Shown in pieces: positions 1 through 9,592 of a DNA stretch of 64,000 nucleotides. A program made the position numbers and the translations under genes. Below the pieces are notes generated by a model. The model searched no databases. It had not been told where the DNA came from and worked only from the letters and a program-made list of their open reading frames with translations. Source of the stretch: Candidatus Eiseniibacteriota bacterium (lineage in GTDB: Bacteria; Eisenbacteria; RBG-16-71-46; CAZEPH01); the NCBI GenBank assembly GCA_044229145.1, contig JBGATO010000003.1, positions 1-64,000 of the forward strand, read 5' to 3'. Position 1 is the first letter of the stretch. Each line of letters opens with the position of its first letter.

Positions 1-68
1 TGCACCGCGCGCGGGCGCGGCTCAAGACGCATCTCGCCGACCGCGCCCCCGAAGGGAGAGAGCCATGA
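1..68 (+). CDS. ECF sigma-70 factor, C-terminal fragment (gene starts outside window)
   Basis: Frame from nt 3 reads HRARARLKTHLADRAPEGREP*, matching the end of ECF region 4 (LHRAR..L). Its TGA (66-68) overlaps the ATG of the anti-sigma gene (ATGA coupling). Confidence 0.75.
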   Translation, partial: HRARARLKTHLADRAPEGREP

Positions 69-1192
69 CGAGCGGCTGCGACGACATCCGCCCGCGGCTC
101 GGCGCCTACGACGACGGCGAACTCGCCGCCGCGGAAGCCCGCGCCGTCGAGCAGCATCTCGCCGTCTGCGCCGACTGCCGCGCCGACCTCGAGGCGACCC
201 ACGCCGCCGACCGCCTGCTCCGCGCCCACTGGGAAACCGCCGACACGAGCGCCGCCTTTGCCGGGGCGACCGACCGGCTGATGGCGGCGCTCGACGCCGA
301 GCCGGCGCCGGCGTGGACGGCGGCTCCTGCGCCGGCGCCGCGTTTGTCGCTCGTGCGCCGCCCGGCGTTCCGCTGGACAAGCGGGCTGGTGGCCGCCGCC
401 GCGACGGTGCTCATCGCCCTGCGGCTCGGCGGTGTGTCGGTGCTGCCGTCCGCACGTCAGGCGTCAGCGCCGGTCCCCAGCGATGCCGCCGCCCCGGCGG
501 GCCATGCCGAGGTGGGGGCGATCGAGCCGCGGACGCGCGAGGCCGCGCCCGCGCCGCCGGCCCCCGCTCCGGCGCCGAAATCCAAGACCGAACCGGTGCC
601 CGCCGTGCCCGAGCCGCGCTTCGCGGTGCGTGGGGTCGCGCCGGAGCCGCGGGCCGCGCGGTATGCCGTGCCGTCGCTCACGCCCGCTGCGCCGGCCACC
701 ACCGACGCGCCCGCCGAGCCGATGCCGGCGCTGCTCGCCGAACGCGGCAACGACGTCGCCGGCACGCGTGGCACCGGCGTGCAATCGCACGCCGATCGCA
801 GCGGCTCGCGCGCCGTCGGCAAGCGTGTCGTGCAGAGCGCCGAGGCGCCCGCCGGCGCCGGCATCGAGCGCGCCGTCGCCGTGCCGCCGCGGCCGTTCGG
901 GATCGGGGATTCAGTCCTCGGCGCCGCGTCGTTGCGCGTGCTGCTCGAACGCGAGGAGTCGTTCCTCCGCGACGAGGCCGGCGAACTCGCGCCCGCCGAC
1001 CGCGGCGACCGCTGGCGCACCGTCGGCGGCCTGCGCGCCTGGCTCGCGCGCTCGACCCGCAGCCGCGCCGAGGCGGATGCGGCGCTCGCGGCGTACCAGC
1101 AGGCGATGGCGCTCGATCCGAGCCACCGTGCGGCGGACGCGGGGGAGGTTGCCAAGCTGCTCCAAATCCGCGCGTCGCTACCACGCGAGTAG
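65..1192 (+). CDS. zf-HC2 zinc-finger anti-sigma factor, single membrane span
   Basis: N-terminal C..IR..L.AY.DGEL...HLAVCADC (HxxxCxxC), TM segment (GLVAAAATVLIALRLGGV), Pro/Ala-rich linker, TPR-like C-terminus; coupled to upstream ECF. Confidence 0.85.
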   Translation: MTSGCDDIRPRLGAYDDGELAAAEARAVEQHLAVCADCRADLEATHAADRLLRAHWETADTSAAFAGATDRLMAALDAEPAPAWTAAPAPAPRLSLVRRPAFRWTSGLVAAAATVLIALRLGGVSVLPSARQASAPVPSDAAAPAGHAEVGAIEPRTREAAPAPPAPAPAPKSKTEPVPAVPEPRFAVRGVAPEPRAARYAVPSLTPAAPATTDAPAEPMPALLAERGNDVAGTRGTGVQSHADRSGSRAVGKRVVQSAEAPAGAGIERAVAVPPRPFGIGDSVLGAASLRVLLEREESFLRDEAGELAPADRGDRWRTVGGLRAWLARSTRSRAEADAALAAYQQAMALDPSHRAADAGEVAKLLQIRASLPRE

Positions 1193-1358
1193 TATGCGGG
1201 ACGAAAACTTGCATCTGATTTCGTCGAAGGTGTGGAAAGGGAGTGGACGGACGCCTTCCGCGCGCGGTAGGGTTCTGATAGCGACCGTTACGATTCCCGT
1301 CGCGCCCCGTCCAGTTCTCGATGTGGTTGCACGCCCTCACACGCTGCACGGAGGTTTC

Positions 1359-4305
1359 ATGCCCCCCTCGCGGTTGATCCAAACTCGCCCTGGCATTGTT
1401 CCTGCTCTGCTCTGCTCTGCTCTGCTTCGGACTACTTGCCCTAGCAACTAGCAGCCGAGTGGCGCGCGCCTCCGAAAACTCCGTTGCTGCCGCTCAGTTG
1501 AGTTGGTCCGCCACCAGCGATGTCTCCTCGCTACCGTCCCCCGGTGAATCGGCGACTCTGCACCTCCGCCTGCGTGGCCTCACGAGCTTCAAGGGGGCGG
1601 AGATCCTCGTGCGGTGGTCGCCCGCGAGCGATGTCGCTGCCTCGTGCATGGTCCGCGAGAGCGCGGCATTCCGCACCGGGGCCGGCACGACTTGCACGTA
1701 TCTGAATCGCGGGACCGCAGTCCCCGTGATCACGCGCGATGACTCAACGGCGTTCGCGGTCTCCTGGGCGAACAGCGACATTCTGACCTCATGCACTGCC
1801 GGCGATGCCCTCCAACTGACGTTTGACCTCAGCGGGTGCGCAGCGCTGAGCGGCGCGACCTTCACGTTGTGCCAGGTCACGATCCTTGACCGCTACAACG
1901 GCCTGCGAAGCGTTGCACCAGAGAGTCTGGGCACCGCGGTGACGCTCGGCGCGGGCGCGACGCTGCCCGCCTGCCTGCCTCCGCCCGCGCTGGCGGCGTT
2001 GGGAGACACAACCCTCACGCCGGGTCAGACCTTGCTCTACGACCCGTTGGGGGCGAACGGCGCAGGCACACTGACGACGCGTGCGCGCCTCGGAGACGAG
2101 CCGGCCAGCACGTTGCTCGTGAGTGGGACGAACCTGCCGCCCGGGTCTATTCTCGACTCCACCACGGCGGTGTTCACCTGGACGCCCACCGCGTCCAGCG
2201 TGGGGGAGTGGAACGGCATCACGATTTCGGTCGGAGACGCCGAAGGCGCTTCGGCCTCGACGAGCTTCAACATTCAGGTGGCGAGCCCGAACCAGCCGCC
2301 GGTGCTCACGGTCCTGCCCGACACGACGGTGGGAGCGTACCAGGTGGTGGTGCTCCAACCGGTCGCCGTCGACCCCGAGGGAGACTTCCTGGTGTGGAGT
2401 GCCACCGGCCTGCCCGCCGGTGCGACCATCGATTCTCTGACAGGCCAGATCGTCTGGAACTCCGGCGGGGATCCCATCACCTGGACCGCGCAGCTGCGAG
2501 TGGAGCAGCCGGGCACGGGCGGGAGCGGCTGCGGCGGGGGCGTGTCGGTCACGGTGGATCCGACGCCGTTTCCGTTTGGCGTGTTCCAGGCGCAGCTGGC
2601 CCAGGAAGACCACGATGCCCTGCAAGCGTTGCGCGCGGGCTGGGTCCATCGCACGGTGTTCCCCCTCGAACGGGGGATCGACTGGGAGACGGCTTTCCTC
2701 ACCTACGTCCACGACTTCATCGACGTCACGGTGGCGAATGCGCAGGCATTGGGACTCGAGATCATACTGGACGTGTCGACGCACTGGGACACCACCGATC
2801 CGGATTTGCAGGCCTACTGGCCGCCGCGCGGCACGGAGGCGTCGAAGCAGGAATGGACGGACAAGATCAGCTACCTCGCCCGGCGCTACAACATCGGGGA
2901 GCAGGATGCGGAGGTCCGCATGCCAGGACTCAAGCAGTCCGTGATCTACTGGCACGTGGAAGAGGAACTGTCCTTCATCCCCGACCCGATCGCCTACATC
3001 GAGGAACTCTCGATGACGCGCACGGCGATCCTCCAGGGGAATCCCGACGCGCGAATCATTCTCGTTGGGCTAACGAGCGACCCGGTGTGGTGGCAGGCGT
3101 GTGGCGGTCTGACGGGGTCCGGCACGACCTGCCAACGTCCTCCGCTTTCGGAATGGGATGAGACAAAGTACACACAGTTCCAGCAGGCGACCAGTACACT
3201 GTTCGCCCACCCTGAGTTGTACGAGATTCTCGATTTTCATGTCTACGCGCGAACGTATAACCTCCGCGGCTTGACGCAATGGGTCCGCAATGCGTCCAAT
3301 GCGGTCAACTCGCAGAACGCGACCCGCGATCTCTGGATCATGGAGGCGGGCGGCCCGTTCTTGGACGATACCCCGACTCCGCCCGAGAGTTACTTCGGCT
3401 TCACCTACACGCAGACCTCGCACAGCCAATTCACGTACGCCATCGCCGCGGAAGCACTCACCAACGGCGTCAAGCGCATCGCTTTCGAGCTCTTTCCCGG
3501 CGGACGCAATAACAACGACCACTCCGTGCAGTACAAGAACGTCGCGCTGCTCGAGCGCGTCGTGAACGAGGTAGACAATACCGTCACTGTGAACATGAAG
3601 CCCGCATACTATGCGTTTCGGCAACTGGCGGGTATCATCGGCGAGACGGACGAGGCCGCCGATCTGCGCATCAGCCTCACTCCCACCGCGCCGTGTGCCG
3701 AACTCGATGCCCTGTTCCACGCGGCGTTTCCGCACACGACCGGGGATCGCAAGCAGGAATCGGTGATGTGGTTCGGCAGGAGCAATGTGGGCCGCGAGGT
3801 CACTCTCGACCTCGAGCAGCCGTCGAATCCTCCCACCTTCCTCTACGCGTATCCGACTCCGATCAATAATCTGCCGGGGGGCGGCCCTCCGTGGCCGGTC
3901 GAGGAGGGTACACCCTACGATCATGCCACGATCCGGCTTGAAGGCACGTCGTTCAATCCCTTGCCCTTCGTGATTCAGGCCTCGGTTCCCTTCACGCTGG
4001 CGCATACGGTGGCCCTTGACCCCACGGGGGTTCCGCTCGACGCGAGTCAACGTACCTTTGTCACCTGGCTGGCGACAGGCGGGCGGCAGCACATTGGGTG
4101 GAGCCTCCCCGAGCTGGCAGGGCACACCCAACTGCTGCTGGTGGATGTGCGGGGGCGAATCGTCGCGGAGCGAACCGTTCGGTCCCGTGAGGGAACGGCC
4201 GCGATCGCGGAACTGGGGCGTAACGTCGCGCGAGGTGTCTACCTGGCGGTTCTGCGGTCTGGGAGCATCGTGGTGGCGCTGAGTCGTGGCGTCGTGACGA
4301 GGTAG
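1359..4305 (+). CDS. Secreted multidomain protein: Cys-rich cohesin-like domain, two He_PIG-type Ig domains, clan GH-A-like TIM-barrel glycoside hydrolase, C-terminal FlgD-Ig-like domain; 5' end frameshifted at a (CTGCT)5 tract
   Basis: ORF 1396-4305 (969 aa). Ig repeats LPPGS..D.TT.VFTWTP; GH-A-like motifs YWHVEEE, ILDFHVY, WIMEAG, KPAYYAF; tail DVRGRIV...GVYLAVL. Strong RBS GGAGGT (1350-1355) precedes ATG 1359, which is in a different frame. Confidence 0.7.
1402..1426 (+). repeat. Pentanucleotide simple sequence repeat (CTGCT)x5 within the signal-peptide coding region
   Basis: Read directly: gttc-ctgct-ctgct-ctgct-ctgct-ctgct-tcgg. Confidence 0.95.
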
Positions 4306-4312
4306 CGGCACG

Positions 4313-6878
4313 ATGCGCATCGCGATCCTTTGCGTCGTTCACCTCATGCTGGCTTCGGCGGCCCTCGGGGACGGAGGGCCGCCTGCCGCTGCTCGGCTCC
4401 GACGCGATGGGCCCGACACGCTTCGGCACGCCGGACGCCAGGCATGGAGCGTCGATGCCCGTGTCCCTGGCTTCCGTCCCCGCCGACGCGTCTTGGTCAA
4501 ACCGCTTCCTCAGTCCGGGCGCAGATTCCACTGTCTACGCCCTCGACGCGCACGGCGACACGCTGGTCGTCGCCGGCGACTTCGACCGGCTTGGCTCGCG
4601 GACTTGTCACTCCATCGCCCTGTACGACGGGACGGCGTGGCACGACTTGGGTGGCGGATTTCCGGGCAGCGTGCGTGCGGTGTGTTGGTGGAATGGCCTG
4701 CTGATCGCGGGCGGAGAGTTCCGCGCGAGCGGCGGCGCGCCTGGTGACTATCTGGCGCAGTGGGATGGCACCTCCTGGCAGGCGCTGCCGGTGCTGGTCG
4801 ATGGCCCGGTGTACTCGTTGGCGGTGCACCAGGGGCAGCTCGCTGCGGGTGGGAGTTTTCTGCATGCAGGGCAGGGTTTGTTTGGCGGGATCGCGCTCTG
4901 GAACGGCACTACTTGGTCGGCTCTCGGCAGCGGTATCAGTGGTGGAGCACACGCGATCTACGCAATGCTCTCTGTAGGGGAATCGCTCTATATCGGCGGG
5001 CGATTCGACTACGCAGGCAATGTGTTGGCTCACAATGTCGCAAGGTGGGGAGGCGGGGCCTGGAGTGCAATGGGGAGTGGAGTCGACTCCACTGGGAGCG
5101 TCTTCGCGTTAGCGTCATTTGCCGGAGAGATCCACGCCGGCGGCGCGTTTCTCAAGGCAGGCGGTGTGAAAGCAAGCTCGATCTCTGCCTGGGACGGGAC
5201 CGCCTGGCGTGGTCTCAATTCAACAAACCTCTTTCACGCGCGGGCACTCGTCTCCTTCGGAAGTGCGCTTGCGGTGACGGGTGGATTCGCCCAGGCTGGG
5301 AATGCCACCGACGCCAACAGCGTGGCACTGTGGAACGGTGCGGGCTGGAATACTCTGCGTGGCGGTCTCTATCTCCATGAGCTTTACGGCTACTGGTTTG
5401 ACGACCTCGGTTGGGCAGCCACCGTCTACCGTGGCGCCCTGTACGTCGGCGGCCACTTCACGCTCGCCGACTCGCTGTCGTCGCCGTTCCTCGCGCGGTG
5501 GGATGGCGACGCCTGGTCGACCGTGCTCGACGGCGACGGGCTCTCCTTCGACGCGGCGTGTTTCCTCCCGCGCACCGATTCGCTGATCGTCGGCGGGGCG
5601 TTCTTCAGCGCCGGGCCGCGCAAGCTGGGCTACATCGGGGCGTGGGACGGGCACGCGTGGTGGCCGCTCGGCCAAGGATTCAGCAGCGATGTTTACACGC
5701 TGGCCGAGTATCACGGCGATGTGATCGCCGGAGGCGCCTTCACCCGCGCTGACGGTCAAGTGGTGAACGGCATTGCGCGCTGGGATGGCGTTGCGTGGCA
5801 TGCGATGGGCACCAGCGGAACGCCGGGCGTGAATAGTTGGGTGGTCGCGCTGCACGTGTGGCACGACACGCTCTATGTCGGCGGCTTCTTCACCAGCGTC
5901 GACGGGCAGCCGATCCGCTACCTCGCGGCGTGGGACGGCTCCCACTGGAGAGATCCGGGCACGCAGGCGGATCAGTGGGTGAACGCGCTGGGCGAGTGGG
6001 GCGGCAAGCTCGTCGTGGGCGGCGCCTTCACGACGATCGGCGGCCAGGCGGCGCAGTGCATCGCCACGTGGGACGGTCACGCGTGGGACACGCTCGGCGG
6101 CGGGCTCACCAGCTACGCCGGCTACTTCACGCCGCGTGTGTACACGGTGGCGGAGTATCGCGGCGAACTCGTGGCAGGTGGGGACTTCGACACCAGCGAC
6201 CAGTTCGGTGATATGCAGTGCTTGGCGTCGTGGAACGGGACGCGTTGGCAGGAAGTTGGGATCAACGGCGTAGAGGCGTACGCCGGGATGCGGCCGTCCT
6301 CGGTCATGGCGCTTGAAGCGCGCGGTGGTTACCTCACGGCGGGGGGATTCGCGACGCGCTTCGGGCAAGCAGCGGCGCAGAACGTGGCGCGGTGGGATGG
6401 CACGACGTGGCGCGCGCTCGGCTCGGGCGTATCGTTCTTCTACCCCGACAACGGGGCGGTGTGGGCGTTGGCGACATGGAAGGACAGCCTTTACGTTGGA
6501 GGCGACATCGTCCTCGCTGGCGGACAGAAATCGGACTACTGGGCGCAGTGGGACAACGCGGACCTTGCCGTTTCCGCCGTGCGCGGGAACGAGGAGTCGG
6601 CGCCGGACGTCACGCCCTCGCATGCGCCGCTCCGCGCCGCGCGTCGCGTCGGGGGCATGACGTTCGTGAGCCAGCCCGCGTTGGCTGGGCGTCGGCGCGT
6701 GCGCGTGTGGGACGCGCGCGGCCGGGCGATCGCGGAGGCGGCTGTCACCGCGCCGCACGAGGCACGGTGGGACGGACGACTGGTGGCGGGGGCACAGGCG
6801 GCGGCCGGGGTGTATCTCGCAACCGTCGACGAGGCGGGGCGGACGGTCGCGCGTGCCCGCTTCGTCTGGATGCCCTGA
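4313..6878 (+). CDS. Secreted beta-propeller protein with about 13 W[DN]GxxW repeats and C-terminal FlgD-Ig-like domain; probable frameshift near the 5' end
   Basis: ORF 4407-6878 with repeats of V.AL....LY.GG.F..AG......IA.WDG..W; tail WDARGRAI...WDGR...GVYLA. A signal peptide MRIAILCVVHLMLASAALG starts at 4313, just after the upstream stop, in another frame. Confidence 0.75.
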
Positions 6879-6968
6879 GACGCGCAATGCGCAGGTGAGT
6901 TGGCGCGGCGGCGTGGCCGCGGCGGCGCCGCCTCCTTCGAGGATCCTCAAATCTGAGAGGCGTGCGAC

Positions 6969-6994
6969 GGAATAGTCCCGCGCGGATCGCGTAA
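6969..6994 (+). promoter_or_regulatory. Putative ECF-type promoter for the VIT-vWA gene
   Basis: GGAATA-N15-CGTAA resembles the GGAAC..CGT ECF consensus; about 70 nt upstream of RBS AAGGAGGT and ATG 7065. Confidence 0.4.
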
Positions 6995-7064
6995 GCCCTT
7001 CACCCCCGCGTTCTCCGGTGCGTTGCCACACGGCGCCGGAACACTCGAGTGAAGGAGGTCCCGC

Positions 7065-9524
7065 ATGCGCCCCATCGCGCCGTTGTGTGCCGTCGCCCTC
7101 GCGCTGCTCTGTGGTGCCGCACCCGCCATCGCCCGCACCCTCGAACGCACCGTGCCGCCAGTGGGGCCGGGCGATCGCCGCGTCGTCTATCCCGTACCGC
7201 CGCGGCCCGGGCCGCCGCGGTTGTTGCCGCCCGAGCCGGTGCAGCCGCCGGACGCGCACGGCATTCGCAGCGCCGCCACCGTGCGCGCTTCGCTCGACGG
7301 CAGCATCCTTACGGTCGACTGCAGCCAGACCTACACGAACGACGGCCACCAGCAGCAGGAGATCCAAGTGCTGCTGCCGATCCCGGCCGATGCGGTGGTG
7401 AGCGATGGCTCGCTGCTCGCCGACGGCCGCGAGTACCGCGCCGATGTCTTGCCGGCCGAACAAGCGCGCGCGATCTACGAGGACATCGTGCGGCGGCGGC
7501 GCGATCCGGCGCTGCTCGAGATGGCCGGGCGCGGGCTGATTCGTCTCTCGGCGTTTCCGATTCCCGCCGGCGGTTCGCGCACCGTGTCGTTCCGCTATCA
7601 TCAGTCGCTGGCGCCGCACGCAGGGCGGCAGCGCGTGAAGATCCCGCTCGCGAGCGTGTGCGGACTCGACCGGCCCGGGGCGATCGACCTCACGCTGCGG
7701 GTGGACGGCACGACGCCGCTCGCGCAGATCACCTCGCCGAGTCACGATGTCGACATCGAACGGACCGGGGCGACGGCGGCGCGCGTGCGCTATCACGCCG
7801 CGCAGGCCGATCCGCACGAGACGCTCGACCTCGGCGTGGTGCGAGACGCGCGCGACATCGGCATCGACGTGCGCACCGCGCGTGGCGAGGGCGAAGACGA
7901 CTACTTCCTGCTCTCGCTCTCGCCGGGCTGGCAATTGCTTCGGCAGCGGGCTCGCGCGCCGCAGACCGCGGTGTTCGCGCTCGACACGTCCGGTAGCATG
8001 CAGGGCGAGAAGTTCGCGCAGGCGCGCGCCGCGTTGCACCGCTTCCTCGACGATCTGCACGCGGACGATCGCTTCAACCTCGTCGCGTTTGCGTCCGGCG
8101 TCGAAACGTTCGCGTCGCGCGGGCCGGTTCTCGCGACGGCCGCGGCGCGGCGTGACGCGCGCGCCTGGGTCGACGGCTTGAGCGCGGGCGGCGGCACCAA
8201 CATTGGTGACGCACTGCGCGTCGTGCTGGCGCGCGAGTGGGACGCGTCGCTGGTGCTGTTCCTCACCGACGGCCGCGCGACGGTGGGCGAAACGCGGCGC
8301 GAGGGATTGCTGCAACGCGCCGCCGACGCGCCGCGCGGCGCGCGCTTCTACGCGTTCGGCGTCGGCGACGACGTGGACGCGGATCTGCTCGACGATCTCG
8401 CGCAGGACGGCCACGGTAGCGTGACCTACGTGCGTCCCGGCCAGGACGCCGACGACGCCGTGACGACGCTGCGCCGCCGCGTCGAGCGGCCCTGCGTGCG
8501 CGACGTGTCGCTGCGCGTCGAGGGAGTGCGGGTGCGCGAGGTGTATCCGGCCGGCGCGCTCGACCTCTTCGCCGACGAGCCTCTTCTGGTGGCCGGCCGC
8601 ATGCCCGCGCACGCCGGCCGCGCGATGGTGCGCCTCACCGGCACCGCCGCGAACGGCGCGCCGCTGCGCGCCTCGTGGGAGATCGACTTCGCCGACCGCG
8701 ACGCGCGGAGCACCTCGGTGCCGGTGTTGTGGGCGTCGCGCAAGGCGGCGTCGCTGCTCGCGACCTTGCGCCGCGAAGGCCGCTCGCCCGCCACGCTCGA
8801 CGAGTTGCGCGAGCTGGCGCGCCGCTACGGCATCCTCACCCGCGAAGTCGCGCTGCTCGCGCGTGAGGACGAGGCGGTGGCGATGGCGCCGCAGTCGATG
8901 CGTGGGTCCGTCACCGTCAAGTCCACTGCGTCGCGCACCTCCATCGATTCGAAGGCGCTCAAGACCCTGCCGGCCGACACGTTCAAGGAGGCGGTCGCGA
9001 TCAAGCCGGGCATCGTCGGCTCATCGGGACGGCAGCACGTGCGCGGGGGACACGGCGGCGATCTCGCGTCGCAAGTGAACGGGCCGTTGCCCGCGGTGCC
9101 GCTGAATGCGAACACCTCGCTTGCCGTCGCGCTCCCGCCGTCCGACGCCATCGATTTGTCGGCGTCGCGCTGGGATCTCGCACGCTCGACTTCGGCCGCC
9201 GAGGCCACGAAACAGTCAGGCGCACGCGATCACGCGACGCGCGCCGGCCACACGTTCCGGCTCGTGGGGGCGGTGTGGACCGACGAAACGCTTGCCACTC
9301 AGCCGCCACCGACCCGCACATTGCGCGTGCGCAACTATCGTCACCCCTACTTCGCGCTGATCGCGCGGGACGCACGGGTGGCGCAGTGGTTCGCGCTCGG
9401 CGAACGCGTGCGCGTCCGCCTCGGCGATGTCGAACTCGCGATCGCGCCCGATGCGCCGGAGCAGGTGGACGCGGCCGACCTCGCGGCCGTGGAGAAGGCG
9501 CTCGTGGAGGATGCGAAGCGCTAG
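7065..9524 (+). CDS. Secreted VIT + von Willebrand factor A domain protein (inter-alpha-trypsin inhibitor-like)
   Basis: Signal peptide; VIT signature ARAIYEDIVRRRRDPALLE; MIDAS DTSGSM, GGTN, LTDG; strong RBS. Confidence 0.9.
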   Translation: MRPIAPLCAVALALLCGAAPAIARTLERTVPPVGPGDRRVVYPVPPRPGPPRLLPPEPVQPPDAHGIRSAATVRASLDGSILTVDCSQTYTNDGHQQQEIQVLLPIPADAVVSDGSLLADGREYRADVLPAEQARAIYEDIVRRRRDPALLEMAGRGLIRLSAFPIPAGGSRTVSFRYHQSLAPHAGRQRVKIPLASVCGLDRPGAIDLTLRVDGTTPLAQITSPSHDVDIERTGATAARVRYHAAQADPHETLDLGVVRDARDIGIDVRTARGEGEDDYFLLSLSPGWQLLRQRARAPQTAVFALDTSGSMQGEKFAQARAALHRFLDDLHADDRFNLVAFASGVETFASRGPVLATAAARRDARAWVDGLSAGGGTNIGDALRVVLAREWDASLVLFLTDGRATVGETRREGLLQRAADAPRGARFYAFGVGDDVDADLLDDLAQDGHGSVTYVRPGQDADDAVTTLRRRVERPCVRDVSLRVEGVRVREVYPAGALDLFADEPLLVAGRMPAHAGRAMVRLTGTAANGAPLRASWEIDFADRDARSTSVPVLWASRKAASLLATLRREGRSPATLDELRELARRYGILTREVALLAREDEAVAMAPQSMRGSVTVKSTASRTSIDSKALKTLPADTFKEAVAIKPGIVGSSGRQHVRGGHGGDLASQVNGPLPAVPLNANTSLAVALPPSDAIDLSASRWDLARSTSAAEATKQSGARDHATRAGHTFRLVGAVWTDETLATQPPPTRTLRVRNYRHPYFALIARDARVAQWFALGERVRVRLGDVELAIAPDAPEQVDAADLAAVEKALVEDAKR

Positions 9525-9551
9525 CGACACTCCGACACGTCGCGCGCGACG

Positions 9552-9585
9552 CGGCGCGGCCCGGCGTCTCACGCCGGCCGCGCCG
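9552..9585. terminator. GC-rich hairpin between convergent genes
   Basis: cggcgcggc-c-cggcgt ctc acgccg-gccgcgccg, a stem with one bulge. Confidence 0.5.
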
Positions 9586-9592
9586 TCGTGCG

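Noticed and set aside
1362..1367. C6 homopolymer as the cause of the first frameshift
   Set aside because: Removing one C gives ATG CCC CCT CGC GGT TGA, a stop, so it cannot restore the frame.
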